A stretch of 64,000 nt of DNA from an uncultured delta proteobacterium. GTDB lineage: Bacteria; Myxococcota_A; Polyangia; Polyangiales; Houyiibacteriaceae. The stretch spans positions 352,001-416,000 of the forward strand of contig CAVOVB010000003.1 in assembly GCA_963699755.1 (NCBI GenBank). Reading direction: 5' to 3'. How positions within the stretch are numbered: position 1 is the first letter of the stretch; each line of letters begins with the position of its first letter. This document shows, in pieces, positions 18,946-29,046 of the stretch. The position numbers and the translations under genes were made by a program. Below the pieces are notes generated by a model that saw only the letters and a list, made by a program, of their open reading frames with translations, was not told the DNA's origin and searched no databases.

Positions 18946-19866
18946 TTAGTTCGCGGAAATGACTTGTTCCAGTCCTTCGAGCCGCTGGACGAGAAACCGT
19001 TCGGATGCGCCGTAGCCCGGCGAGTGGTTCTTGATGACGCTCAGGTACGCACGAAGATACCCGGTCTTGGAGTATTTGTGCGCTCGAACGAGATCATGGA
19101 GAGCCTCGATGGTTTCCGCTTCCATCAGTCGACCCGTCGCGGTGTGAACACGAAACACCCAATCGATCCAGCGGGTATGGCGAAGCCCCTGCGCGAGTTG
19201 CAGTGCATAGCCGGTCGCCCCTGCGAAAAGCGCGTCGGGATCGTCCTTCTCCGATTCGCTCAGTGGGCGGTGCGCCATTGCCCGTTCCAGAATCGTGTCG
19301 AGGTGTGGAAGGAGCATTCGCTCCGCTTCCTCGAGCCGGCCCATGGCGATCGCTTTGCTCGCAATGCCTGCGATCACGTCGAGTGCGCGCTGTGTTCTGG
19401 TGTCTTCGGCGCCCCAAGCATGGGAGCTCGAATCGACGCTGCGTTTACTGGCGATCGTCTGTGTGGCGTCGGAGCTCAGACGCTTACCACAGTCGCCACA
19501 GCGGCGCTTCGCCGAGCCGTTGATCGCGCCACAGGACTCGCAGACGACATAGTCGGCAGTCTCCGTCGCACCGCTTCTCACTTTGGCAGCGTCGATGAGC
19601 ACCAGCTCCTGCGCGCCGATGTACACGCGGTCCATGTGCTCCAAACGGCGAGGACCGTTGATGCGTACACCGTTGACCGCGACCCCGTTGCGGCTGTTGA
19701 GATCTTCGACGACGACCGCATCCGGCCCCACGTGAAACGTGGCGTGCTTGCGAGACACCAATCCGTCCGCCAGCGCAAGGTTGCAGGACGAGCTTCGACC
19801 GATCGCAAATTCCCCGAGAGGCATTTCCATGTTGGTCGACTGATATCGCAGTCTAAAGCGTGGCAC
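18946..19866 (-). CDS. FHA-domain protein with C4 zinc ribbon (paralog of neighbour)
   Basis: IGRSS...VSRKHA...DLNSRNG..VNG; CESC-x10-CGDCG; GTG start inferred. Confidence 0.88.
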   Translation of the reverse strand: MPRFRLRYQSTNMEMPLGEFAIGRSSSCNLALADGLVSRKHATFHVGPDAVVVEDLNSRNGVAVNGVRINGPRRLEHMDRVYIGAQELVLIDAAKVRSGATETADYVVCESCGAINGSAKRRCGDCGKRLSSDATQTIASKRSVDSSSHAWGAEDTRTQRALDVIAGIASKAIAMGRLEEAERMLLPHLDTILERAMAHRPLSESEKDDPDALFAGATGYALQLAQGLRHTRWIDWVFRVHTATGRLMEAETIEALHDLVRAHKYSKTGYLRAYLSVIKNHSPGYGASERFLVQRLEGLEQVISAN

Positions 19867-19951
19867 CCCAGTCAGCAGTTTAGCAGTTGGAGCGCCTGCA
19901 GGTCGAATGAAGTGCGAGTGAAAGCTCTCGAGACCGCATTGGAGATTTCGC

Positions 19952-21073
19952 TCAGAGGCTAGCGATTTCCTTGAGGCCCGCGATGGCCCCCAGTGCCTTT
20001 TCGAGGCCACCCTGGGTCTCGAGCGTCGCGTCCATGAGGCGTCCAAGCTCGGCCAAGTCACGCCGGTACGTGGCGAAGGCGTTCCTTCGCTCGCCGAGCA
20101 CTCCGGTCGATTGGTCGGGATTGGTCAGAATCACGTAGTTGCTCGCGTTCTGGCGCAAGTCCTGGCCCAGGTAGAGCTCTTTTTCGAAGGGCTTGCTACC
20201 CCGCGTCGCGCGGACCTTGAGCTTCTTCGTGTCGGCCCCCATGTCTGCGGGCATGTCGACGTACACCAGTCCACAACGAAAACCGCCTTCGCCGAGCGTT
20301 GGTACGCAGCCGGTCGGGCTGGAAGTCAGAGCGGTTTCATCCTGGGCCGCCTCGTCCAACTCGGCGCGCCGCGATGGCGGAAGAACCCTCACGGCAAGGC
20401 TGTCGAACTTGTCCCAAAGCTCGCCGACCTGGCGTGCGTAGAGGAACAAGGCGTTGACCGTCTCGGCATTGAACTTCGTGTAGTTGAGCCCCGTGAAATT
20501 TGCGGCCGTGAATGGAGTAGGCAGGGTCCTCAATTGTTCGATCGCTTCGTAGTCGACCGAAGGACCTTCTCCCGGCCGAGATTTGGCAGCGTCGGTCGCC
20601 CGGTTGAGGAGGCGCTTGGCTTCCGCGACCTGATCAGCCGCCGTGCGAACGCCCTCGTACACGACCTTCCCATCGCGGACGGCCAGATTATACGCGCTGC
20701 GCTTGCTCATGACTGTCGTTGCGAGAACCCCCAAGAACAGGCCGAGCAGCGCTGCTCCGATGCCGCTCATCAACATCAGTTTGCGAACGCGCCGGTTCTT
20801 GCCTTCGTGCGCGGTCGCCACGGCCTCTTCGTCGACGACGATGCGCACTTCCTGACGCGCGGTTGCCGCTGTGCTCGCACCTCCAAACGGACCGGACCGT
20901 TTCGCAGCCTGGCCTCCAACGAAGCCCGGCGGCGGCGCGACACCTCCGAGCGTCGGTGGCGGCGGTGCAACACCTCCCGCATCAACGCCTGCCGGCGGCG
21001 GGGGAGCCGTGTTCCGGCCGAGTCGCTCGCGAATATCGCGGACTTTCTTGGATTTTTGGAGTTCTTCTGACAT
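19952..21073 (-). CDS. Hypothetical membrane protein with Pro-rich N-terminus and one TM
   Basis: ORF with GAGGA SD and an upstream sigma70-like promoter; PPPP repeats; TM IGAALLGLFLGVLA. Confidence 0.7.
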   Translation of the reverse strand: MSEELQKSKKVRDIRERLGRNTAPPPPAGVDAGGVAPPPPTLGGVAPPPGFVGGQAAKRSGPFGGASTAATARQEVRIVVDEEAVATAHEGKNRRVRKLMLMSGIGAALLGLFLGVLATTVMSKRSAYNLAVRDGKVVYEGVRTAADQVAEAKRLLNRATDAAKSRPGEGPSVDYEAIEQLRTLPTPFTAANFTGLNYTKFNAETVNALFLYARQVGELWDKFDSLAVRVLPPSRRAELDEAAQDETALTSSPTGCVPTLGEGGFRCGLVYVDMPADMGADTKKLKVRATRGSKPFEKELYLGQDLRQNASNYVILTNPDQSTGVLGERRNAFATYRRDLAELGRLMDATLETQGGLEKALGAIAGLKEIASL

Positions 21074-21087
21074 TTTCAGCTTCCTCA

Positions 21088-21117
21088 AATTTATCCGTCC
21101 AAGACCGATCCTGTCAA
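21088..21117 (-). promoter_or_regulatory. Sigma70-like promoter TTGACA-18-TAAATT
   Basis: Read directly on the minus strand, upstream of ATG 21073. Confidence 0.55.
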
Positions 21118-21161
21118 GGCAAGCGCCAAGAAGCCGCCCCTGATAGGCTTCACCACTTGCC

Positions 21162-22058
21162 ATGATGCCACCTCCAGTCGAGGAACGCCGCTTTGTGTCC
21201 TTTGATGGCACTGAAATCGCCTACCAGGCGCTCGGCCAGGGACGCCCGATCTTGCTGTGCAACGGCCTCGGTGGGGGTTGGGAGGCCTGGAGTCACCAAA
21301 TCCACTACTTCCGGGATCGGTACCGCCTTCTGTCCTGGGACTACCGGAGCCTCTACGGCTCTTCCGCGCCGGCGGACCCGGACGCGGTCCGGATCGCCGA
21401 TCATGCGCGGGACGCCCTCTGCCTACTAGGAGAAGAAGGTGCGGAGCGCGCTGCCATCTTCGGCTGGTCGATGGGTGTTCAGGTCGCGCTCGAGATGTTT
21501 CGCTATGCCCCAGAACGGGTCGCATCGCTCGCGTTTCTCAACGGCGTGGCTGGGCGGCCCTGGGACTATTTCTTCAATTTGAATCTGGTTGGGCGCCTCC
21601 TGCCGCCAATTCTTCGGGGCCTACGTTCGATGCCTCGTACGATTCAGACAGTGGTGCGGCAGGCGACGCGCGTCCCCGAGGCCGGGGCCTGGGTGAAGAG
21701 AATCGGATTGGCAGCTGGCACGCTCGATGAGCAGTTGGCCAACGAGATCATCCACGAGCTGCGCATCCTCGACATGGACAAGTTCATTCGTCTTCTGGAG
21801 CGAATGGGGGAGCACGACGGATGGGACCTGCTCCCGATCATCGATGTGCCGACCTTGATCATCGCCGGCACCCGTGACGTCTTCACGCCCCGGTCCGCCG
21901 CGGAACGCATGGCCAGACGCATTCCGGGGTCGGAGATCATGCTGCTTCCCGGGGCCACACACTACGCAGCCTTGGAGTACCCGGAGATGGTCAACCTCAG
22001 GCTCGAGAAGTTCCTGAGAGAGCGTGGCTACGAGCCGGCACCGACGGGGGCTGGTTGA
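21162..22058 (+). CDS. Alpha/beta hydrolase
   Basis: GWSMG nucleophile elbow; AGTRD acid; GATHY His. Confidence 0.9.
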   Translation: MMPPPVEERRFVSFDGTEIAYQALGQGRPILLCNGLGGGWEAWSHQIHYFRDRYRLLSWDYRSLYGSSAPADPDAVRIADHARDALCLLGEEGAERAAIFGWSMGVQVALEMFRYAPERVASLAFLNGVAGRPWDYFFNLNLVGRLLPPILRGLRSMPRTIQTVVRQATRVPEAGAWVKRIGLAAGTLDEQLANEIIHELRILDMDKFIRLLERMGEHDGWDLLPIIDVPTLIIAGTRDVFTPRSAAERMARRIPGSEIMLLPGATHYAALEYPEMVNLRLEKFLRERGYEPAPTGAG

Positions 22059-22083
22059 CGTGCTTTGGGCGAGCCGCTAGCGA
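22055..22083 (+). promoter_or_regulatory. Sigma70-like promoter TTGACG-17-TAGCGA for trpG (near-leaderless)
   Basis: 9 nt upstream of ATG 22093; no SD. Confidence 0.45.
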
Positions 22084-22092
22084 TCGACCGCA

Positions 22093-22677
22093 ATGATTCT
22101 CGTGATCGACAACTACGATTCCTTCACTTACAACCTCGTGCAGTACTTGAGCGAGCTTGGGGCCGAGGTCATGGTTCAACGCAATGATGCGATGACCGTC
22201 CAGGAGATCCACGAGCTCCGGCCGAGCGGAGTGCTGATCAGCCCCGGTCCCGGAAGACCCGAAGAGGCGGGGGTCAGCCTCGAGCTGATCGCAAAGCTCG
22301 GGTCGTCGACGCCAATCTTTGGCGTCTGTCTGGGGCATCAGAGCATCGCCCAGCATTTCGGCGCCTCCGTCGTGCGGGCCGAGCGGCTGATGCATGGACG
22401 CACCTCCGAGATCCTTCACGAAGGCCGCGGCGTCTTCGAGAATCTGCCGAGCCCGCTCACCGCGACCCGCTACCATTCGTTGATCGTGAACCGAGATACG
22501 ATTCCCGATCTGCTGGAGGTTACTGCCTGGACCGAAGAGGACGAAGTCATGGGAATTCGTCATCGCGAGCTCCCTATCGAGGGAGTACAGTTCCATCCGG
22601 AATCGTTCCTGACCGAGCATGGGCACGACCTGATTCGCAACTGGCTGTCTTCGCTCCCGGCGCGGGGAACATCGTGA
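22093..22677 (+). CDS. trpG: Anthranilate synthase component II / PabA glutamine amidotransferase
   Basis: [28 protein letters not shown]; upstream of trpD. Confidence 0.92.
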   Translation: MILVIDNYDSFTYNLVQYLSELGAEVMVQRNDAMTVQEIHELRPSGVLISPGPGRPEEAGVSLELIAKLGSSTPIFGVCLGHQSIAQHFGASVVRAERLMHGRTSEILHEGRGVFENLPSPLTATRYHSLIVNRDTIPDLLEVTAWTEEDEVMGIRHRELPIEGVQFHPESFLTEHGHDLIRNWLSSLPARGTS

Positions 22678-23690
22678 TCTCGAATGCAATCAAACAAGTC
22701 ATCGCTGGTCACGACTTGTCTCCTCGCGACGTCGAGGCCGCAATGGATCAGATCCTCGAGGGAGATGCCTCGGATTCCCAAATCGCGGCGTTCGTCGTCG
22801 CGCTTCGCATGAAGGGCGAGTCGTCGAGCGAGATCGCCGCCGCGGCCCGCTCGCTTCGCAAACACTGCGAGACGATTCGACCGAAGGTCGATGGCCCGCT
22901 TCTCGATACCTGTGGCACGGGAGGCGACGGTCGGGAGACCTTCAACATCTCCACTGCTGCGGCGATTGTGGCGGCCGCCTCTGGAGTCGCGGTTGCAAAG
23001 CACGGAAATCGCGCCGTCTCTTCGAAGGCAGGGAGCGCCGATGTGCTCGAAGCTTTGGGCGTCCGCATTGATCTTTCGCCCCAACGAGTCCTGCAATGCA
23101 TCGAGGAAGTGGGCATCGGTTTCATGTTCGCACCGAGTCACCACGCCGCGATGCGGCACGCGGCGCCGGTGCGCCGCGAGCTTGGCGTCCGCACGCTTTT
23201 CAATTTGCTTGGGCCGCTCTCAAATCCAGCGTCGGCCAGCCACCAGCTGGTCGGTGTCTATGACCCAGCAAGGCTCGAGCAACTGGCTGAGGCACTCGGG
23301 GCCCTCGGCTCGACCGCCGCGTGGGTCGTGCACGGCGAGGGCGGGCTGGATGAGGTTTCCCCCGCGGGCCCTACCGCGGTTGCGCAGTTGGCAAGCGGTG
23401 AGGTCAGCCGCTTTGAAGTCCGCCCTGGCGATTTCGGCCTTGCTGCGGTGCCGATCGAAACGCTTGCCGGTGGAGACGCCGCACGCAACGCAGAGATCAT
23501 TCGTGGCGTCTTGGACGGCCAGCAGGGACCTGCGCGCGTTGCCGTGCTGGTCAACGCGGCAGCGGCGCTGCGGTTGACGGAGCTAGCCGACGATTCGAGG
23601 GTCGCGGCGGAACGGGCCGCCGAGGCAATCGACAACGGAGACGCCAAACGAATGCTCGAGCGCTGGGCGCGTTTCACGCTAAGCACATGA
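22674..23690 (+). CDS. trpD: Anthranilate phosphoribosyltransferase
   Basis: [33 protein letters not shown]. Confidence 0.97.
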   Translation: MISNAIKQVIAGHDLSPRDVEAAMDQILEGDASDSQIAAFVVALRMKGESSSEIAAAARSLRKHCETIRPKVDGPLLDTCGTGGDGRETFNISTAAAIVAAASGVAVAKHGNRAVSSKAGSADVLEALGVRIDLSPQRVLQCIEEVGIGFMFAPSHHAAMRHAAPVRRELGVRTLFNLLGPLSNPASASHQLVGVYDPARLEQLAEALGALGSTAAWVVHGEGGLDEVSPAGPTAVAQLASGEVSRFEVRPGDFGLAAVPIETLAGGDAARNAEIIRGVLDGQQGPARVAVLVNAAAALRLTELADDSRVAAERAAEAIDNGDAKRMLERWARFTLST

Positions 23691-24484
23691 CCGACTACCT
23701 TTCCGCTATTCTCGAGCGCAAGCGACGCGAAAACACGAGGCGCTTGCGTCACGTAGCAGCGATGCAACCCGTTGACCGGCCGCCGCAGCCGGAGCGCTCG
23801 GAGCGCGGAATTCGAGCTTTGCGTCGCGCAGCGGGCGAGCGACCGTCGGTGCTGGCGGAGGTGAAGTTTCGAAGTCCGAGCGCAGGCGAGATTCGGGCCT
23901 CGCGCCCAGGGGAAGGGGTTCGGATCGCACGAAGCTACGAACGCGGGGGGGCGTCGGTCGTCAGCGTTCTGGCTGACGGCCCGGGTTTTGGCGGCTCGCC
24001 ACTACTGGTGAGGCGGATCGCGAACGCGGTGTCCGTGCCGGTGCTCTACAAGGGTTTCGTGCTCGATCCCGTTCAAGTCGACCTCGCCTACGACGTGGGC
24101 GCATCCCTGGTCCTTCTGCTGGTGCGCGCGCTCCGAGATGCAGAGCTCCGAGCGCTCATCGAGCAGATTCGTGCCCTTGGTATGGAGCCCGTCGTGGAGG
24201 CCGCGAGCTCCGCCGAGGTCGAGCGTGCCGTTTCGGTGGGCTCGACCATCGTTGGTGTGAACGCGCGTGATTTGAGCACGTTCCAGGTGGACATGAACGC
24301 GGCGCGCGACTGCGTTGCGCGAATTCCCAGAGACCGCGTCGCGGTATTCATGAGCGGTGTGCGAACGGCAAAGGACTTCCGCGAGATAGCTCAGAGCCGT
24401 GCCGACGCTGTGCTGATCGGCGAAGAGCTCATGCGGGCCGCGGATCCTGGTGCCCGTCTATCTGAGCTCTTGAGGGCGGTCTAA
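23687..24484 (+). CDS. trpC: Indole-3-glycerol phosphate synthase
   Basis: AEVKFRSPS, GVNARDLSTF, AVLIGEELMR. Confidence 0.92.
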   Translation: MTDYLSAILERKRRENTRRLRHVAAMQPVDRPPQPERSERGIRALRRAAGERPSVLAEVKFRSPSAGEIRASRPGEGVRIARSYERGGASVVSVLADGPGFGGSPLLVRRIANAVSVPVLYKGFVLDPVQVDLAYDVGASLVLLLVRALRDAELRALIEQIRALGMEPVVEAASSAEVERAVSVGSTIVGVNARDLSTFQVDMNAARDCVARIPRDRVAVFMSGVRTAKDFREIAQSRADAVLIGEELMRAADPGARLSELLRAV

Positions 24485-26144
24485 CCGATTCCTCACTGGT
24501 CGGCAGCGTGACTCGGAAGCAAGTGCCAGCGCCATCGCGATCGATGATCTCGATTCGCCCCTTGTGCTGATCGACGATCTGCTTGACCAGGGCGAGCCCG
24601 AGACCCACTCCGTGCGGTCGACCGGAATAGAACATGTCGAAGAGACGCTCGCGCTGCGCAGCCTCGATCCCTGGACCTTGGTCGGCAACCTCGAGGAAGG
24701 CGCGATCTCTGTGATCGCGTCCTGTGCGAACCTCGACCTTTCCACGGTGAGGCGAGGCCTGAACTGCGTTCTTGACGAGGTTCCAGACGACCTGCCGGAT
24801 CTGATCCGGATCGACGAAGGCGATGACGGGATCCTCTGGTTCGATCTCCTCGAGCTCCAAGTCATTGCTAAGAGTCGCTGCGCCACGGGCGACCGCGACC
24901 ACTTCGCTCGCGATTGGTCGCAGGTCCAGCTCCTCGGTTTGAAGCGCACTTGGCCGCCCGATCTGGAGCATCGTGGTAACGAGAGAGTTCAGTCGCTCGA
25001 CTTCCGAGATCACGATGCCGAGCAAGCGCGCGTCCTCCTCGCTCAGCGCATTCCCATCGCGAACCATCTCGACCGAGCCCGAAATCGAGCTCAAAGGGTT
25101 GCGGATCTCGTGCGCCAAACCGGTCGCAAGCTGTCCAAGAGCGGCAAAGCGCTGTGCCCGCTCCGCCTGTTCTCGAAGCGTCTTGATCTCGGTCAAGTCC
25201 TGAAATGCCAGGAGCAAGCCGGACCGCTGCCCATCCGCGTCCAACAGAGAGCTCAGTGTGTACCCCATCGGAAACTCGGTGCCATCGGCGCGCTTTCCAA
25301 TCGTGTCCGCCCGTTTCGGCGGCTCACTGAGAGGACGAGCGGCATACTTGGGTAGCACCCTGGAAAGGGGCTGCCCAAGGAGCGAGCCTCCAGGGTCTCG
25401 GAGGATCTCGCGAGCCGCGCGGTTGACCCCGAGGATGTATCCGTCGTCGCCCGCCGTAATGAGGCCTGATGCAATCGAACGGACGATGTCATCGTTGAGT
25501 CGCATCAGCCGCGCGGCACTCTGCTGCGCTTCGATGAGGCGTGCGCCTGCCAGCTGCGCGCGCCGTGCGAGGTTCGTCGCAAGCAGTGCGACTGCGGTGA
25601 TGCCCACCATGTTACTCACCAGGGCCAGTTGAAAGTCGCGTGAGCTGAGTAGGTATTGGCTCAGGGGCTGGTCAGGAGGAGGCGGAAGCCAGCCGACGTT
25701 GAGCGCGAGCGCCTGGAGGAAGTAGCAGGCGAGGCTCGCGGCCGCGGTGTAGTACGCGGCGCCGGTCCCGAGGGTGAGTGCTGCTGTGAGAATCTGTGCG
25801 CCGTAGAGGAACGAGAAAATACTTCCCGCGCCGCCGGTCAAATACACCAGGCCTGTGATGAGCAGGACGTCCAAGGTCGTGATGGCCGCGGCAACCCTGT
25901 TCTCGCGACGTCCGACGAGGAGCCATACGCCGAACAAGATCGATGAGGCGTAGATCGCCGAAATCAGGATTAGCAGGAAGGTGGGCGTGAATCGCCCATA
26001 GCGAATTGCTTCGAGCGCCAGGTACATGGTGGCACCGAGCAGAATGGTTGCGATGATCAGTCGCGCTCCGAGAACCCACTGCAGCCGTCGATTCGAGTTG
26101 AACTCTTCGCGATCGACAGTCGGATTCTCTTCGGGTTGATTCAC
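24429..26144 (-). CDS. pilS: PilS-like membrane sensor histidine kinase (TM-PAS-HisKA-HATPase)
   Basis: TGG..S.FSFLY TM motif, AHEIRNPL, NLVKNA, DQGPG, GVGLGL; directly downstream of pilC. Confidence 0.82.
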   Translation of the reverse strand: MNQPEENPTVDREEFNSNRRLQWVLGARLIIATILLGATMYLALEAIRYGRFTPTFLLILISAIYASSILFGVWLLVGRRENRVAAAITTLDVLLITGLVYLTGGAGSIFSFLYGAQILTAALTLGTGAAYYTAAASLACYFLQALALNVGWLPPPPDQPLSQYLLSSRDFQLALVSNMVGITAVALLATNLARRAQLAGARLIEAQQSAARLMRLNDDIVRSIASGLITAGDDGYILGVNRAAREILRDPGGSLLGQPLSRVLPKYAARPLSEPPKRADTIGKRADGTEFPMGYTLSSLLDADGQRSGLLLAFQDLTEIKTLREQAERAQRFAALGQLATGLAHEIRNPLSSISGSVEMVRDGNALSEEDARLLGIVISEVERLNSLVTTMLQIGRPSALQTEELDLRPIASEVVAVARGAATLSNDLELEEIEPEDPVIAFVDPDQIRQVVWNLVKNAVQASPHRGKVEVRTGRDHRDRAFLEVADQGPGIEAAQRERLFDMFYSGRPHGVGLGLALVKQIVDQHKGRIEIIDRDGAGTCFRVTLPTSEESVRPPSRAQIDGHQDPRPA

Positions 26145-27352
26145 TCCGCTTTGACTTTGCCCGCGATCGAGAAGATCGGCAGGTACATCGAAATCAGAAT
26201 AACGCCGACGATGCCGCCGATGAATACCATCATCAACGGCTCGAGAAGCGAGGTGAGGGCTGCAACCGCAATATCGACCTCTTCTTCGTAGAAGTCCGCG
26301 ATCTTGTTGAGCATCGTGTCGAGCGCGCCTGTCTGCTCGCCGACACCGATCATCTGCACGACCATTGGCGGAAAGACGTTGGTTTCCATGAGGGGCTCGG
26401 CCATCGTTCGGCCCTCGCGGATCTTATCCGACGTTTGTTGGATCGCAGCTTCGACGACCACGTTGCCCGCCGATTTCTTCACGACATCGAGGGCGTCGAG
26501 AATCGGGACGCCTGCCGATAGCAGGGTGCCTAGCGTCCTGGTGAACCTCGCGACCGAGATCTTTCGCATCACCGGACCGAGGATGGGAAGGACCAGAAGC
26601 GCTCTGTGGAAGAAGTGTTTGCCGGCTGGTTGTCGGTAGATCCAAGTGACGCCGAACACGATCCCGGCAGCCCCCAAGACGACCCAGTGGACGTTGGCGA
26701 TGAAGCCCTCTGACGCTGCTATGACTAGCTGGGTGAGGCCAGGCAGCTCTTCCTCAGCACCGAACTCTGCAAACATTCCCTTGAAGCTGGGAATGACCCA
26801 GGCAAGCATGACCACCACGACAATCATCGCCACGATGAAGATAGCGATCGGATAGACCATCGCGCCGCGAACTTGCCGCGCTAGCTTGACCCGCTTCTCG
26901 ATATACCCAGCGAGACGATCGAGAATCGTGTCGAGGATACCGCCCATTTCGCCGGCGCGGACCAGGTTGACGAAGAGCTCGTCGAACAGCTTGGGATGTC
27001 TCGCGAGGCCTTCCGAGAAGGTGCCACCTTGCTCGACGTAGTCCTTCACGTCTTTGAGGATCGTATTGAGCGCCTTGTTCTCGCCACGACTCGAGAGAAT
27101 GTCCAAACACTGAACGAGCGGCAGGCCAGCGTCAATCATCGTCGCGAACTGGCGCGTGAAGATGACCAACTCCTTTGCGTCGACACCAGTGCCGAACGAC
27201 AGATTGATCTGCCGTCCCTTCTTCTTGATCTTGACGGGGTTGAGCTGGCGCGCACGCAGCCGCGACTGCACGGCTTCCTTGCTGTCCGCCTCGATGATCC
27301 CTGTTTGGACTTCGCCCGCGCGGGTGCGCGCTTCGTATACCCACTCGGCCAT
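26141..27352 (-). CDS. pilC: Type IV pilus inner-membrane platform protein
   Basis: FTRQFATMIDAGLPL, AGEMGGILD, GEQTGALD.ML.KIADFY. Confidence 0.95.
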   Translation of the reverse strand: MAEWVYEARTRAGEVQTGIIEADSKEAVQSRLRARQLNPVKIKKKGRQINLSFGTGVDAKELVIFTRQFATMIDAGLPLVQCLDILSSRGENKALNTILKDVKDYVEQGGTFSEGLARHPKLFDELFVNLVRAGEMGGILDTILDRLAGYIEKRVKLARQVRGAMVYPIAIFIVAMIVVVVMLAWVIPSFKGMFAEFGAEEELPGLTQLVIAASEGFIANVHWVVLGAAGIVFGVTWIYRQPAGKHFFHRALLVLPILGPVMRKISVARFTRTLGTLLSAGVPILDALDVVKKSAGNVVVEAAIQQTSDKIREGRTMAEPLMETNVFPPMVVQMIGVGEQTGALDTMLNKIADFYEEEVDIAVAALTSLLEPLMMVFIGGIVGVILISMYLPIFSIAGKVKAE

Positions 27353-27387
27353 GAATTCTCCGCCCGATCCCCTCTGGGCCTTTCAAA

Positions 27388-27417
27388 ATCCTAGCTGATC
27401 TGGGATCGCATGGTCAA
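27388..27417 (-). promoter_or_regulatory. Sigma70-like promoter TTGACC-18-TAGGAT upstream of pilC
   Basis: Minus-strand intergenic region; GGAG SD before ATG 27352. Confidence 0.45.
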
Positions 27418-27426
27418 AAGCCAGGC

Positions 27427-29046
27427 CTAATTTCGGTATGGGTTCCGAATCTCGATCTCGACGGGCTTGGCCTCAGGCGCTCGGGCGGGAGGCTTCTGAG
27501 CCTCCGCGTTCACTGGTTTTTTCGCCTCCGGATGCGGAGCTGGCTCGGGCTGGCGGGTCCGGCGCGGTCGCTTTTCGCCCGGTCGCGCGGCCGTTGCGCT
27601 GCTCTTTCGTTCCGGTGCTGGCTTCGCCTGGAGCGACGGGGCTGGACTCGGTTTCGAGCTTGGAGCGCCTGCAGTCGTCTTGGCCGCCGCGGCCTCCGAA
27701 GCTTCTGGCTCGGGCTCCGCGGGAGCCAGCGGCTCCTTCACCAAGGCCTGGTCTCTTTGGAGAGCTGGCGCGGGTGCTGCAGGCGGCCGAAGAAGCTGAA
27801 AGACCAAGAAGCCGGCGTACATGAACACCACGATCGCGAGCGCCATCACGAACCACTTCAACGAGTCGGACTCCGAGGTGTGCCGGACGAGGACGGGCGT
27901 GCCGTCGCTCAGAACCCCCGACACGGTTCCATGAACATGGGATCCAGTGCTCCCATGCGACATATAGGTCTGGCTGTCGGCGGGGGTTCCCTCACGGGGC
28001 ATCGGAATGATCGACGTGCCGATGTCCGTGCTGCCAAGCATTTTAATGGCATCGCGAATCCGCTCGCGCTCCTCCTGGAGCTTCTCGGCGTCCAGCTCGC
28101 GAACGACGTCGGCCACCTGGCGCGTCTTGGCGATGTGGACCGGGCCAGCCGCTTCTTCGATTGCTTCGGCGAGGTCCTCGGCGCTTTGAAAACGGCTTTC
28201 GGGATCCCGGCTCAGCGCCTTCATGACAACATCATCGAAGCGTTGGAGGTCGGGCCAGAGCTGAGACGGCTTGATGACCTCGTCGTTCAGCAATTTGTTG
28301 AGTGTAGCGCCGTTCGATTCACCCTTGAAAAGGCGTCTGCCGGTCAGCGACTCCCAAAGAATGATTCCCACACTGAAGAGATCAGAGCGCTGGTCTGTCG
28401 AGTTCGACGAAGCCTGCTCAGGCGCCATGTAGGACAGCTTGCCCTTGAACTGGCCGGCCCGCGTCGACGCCATGCGTACGTCTGCCTTCGCGACACCGAA
28501 GTCGGTGAGTCGAGCGATCCCGTCGGTTCCAACCAGGATGTTGTGCGGCGATACGTCGCGGTGGACGAGCTTGAGAGGCTTTCCTCCCTCGTCGCTGAGA
28601 CGGTGCGCGGCGCCCAAGCCCTGGAGGGTATCGATCAGGACCCGGCAGACAAACGGCTGTGGCAGCCGCTCTCCGCGCTTTGCAGCGCGTCCGAGAAGGG
28701 CGCCGAGGTGATTGCCCTCGATATACTCCATTACCAGGAAGTAGCCGTCGCCCGGGCTGTCGCTGATGTCGAGCGTGGGCACCACGTGCATGTGGCGAAT
28801 CCGAGCCGCAAGCCGTGCCTCGTCCAGAAACATTGAAATGAATTCCTGCTCGTATGCCAGGTGAGGGTGAAGCATTTTGATCGCCACGAGCCGTTCGAAG
28901 CCCGCAACGCCTTGCGCGCGCGCCGCGTACACCGACGCCATTCCGCCTGATGCCAACTGCGTCAAAATCTCGTAGCGGCCAAGTTGCCGGCCACTCATGG
29001 GCCGGGAAGGCGGCAATGATCCTCGAGAGTTGGCCGGGGCGTTCAT
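27427..29046 (-). CDS. Membrane Hanks-type Ser/Thr protein kinase (myxobacterial Pkn type) with Pro-rich periplasmic tail
   Basis: LASGGMASV, VAIK, HRDVSPHN, DFGVAK, GKLSYMAPE, DLFSVG; TM at WFVMALAIVVF. Confidence 0.95.
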   Translation of the reverse strand: MNAPANSRGSLPPSRPMSGRQLGRYEILTQLASGGMASVYAARAQGVAGFERLVAIKMLHPHLAYEQEFISMFLDEARLAARIRHMHVVPTLDISDSPGDGYFLVMEYIEGNHLGALLGRAAKRGERLPQPFVCRVLIDTLQGLGAAHRLSDEGGKPLKLVHRDVSPHNILVGTDGIARLTDFGVAKADVRMASTRAGQFKGKLSYMAPEQASSNSTDQRSDLFSVGIILWESLTGRRLFKGESNGATLNKLLNDEVIKPSQLWPDLQRFDDVVMKALSRDPESRFQSAEDLAEAIEEAAGPVHIAKTRQVADVVRELDAEKLQEERERIRDAIKMLGSTDIGTSIIPMPREGTPADSQTYMSHGSTGSHVHGTVSGVLSDGTPVLVRHTSESDSLKWFVMALAIVVFMYAGFLVFQLLRPPAAPAPALQRDQALVKEPLAPAEPEPEASEAAAAKTTAGAPSSKPSPAPSLQAKPAPERKSSATAARPGEKRPRRTRQPEPAPHPEAKKPVNAEAQKPPARAPEAKPVEIEIRNPYRN

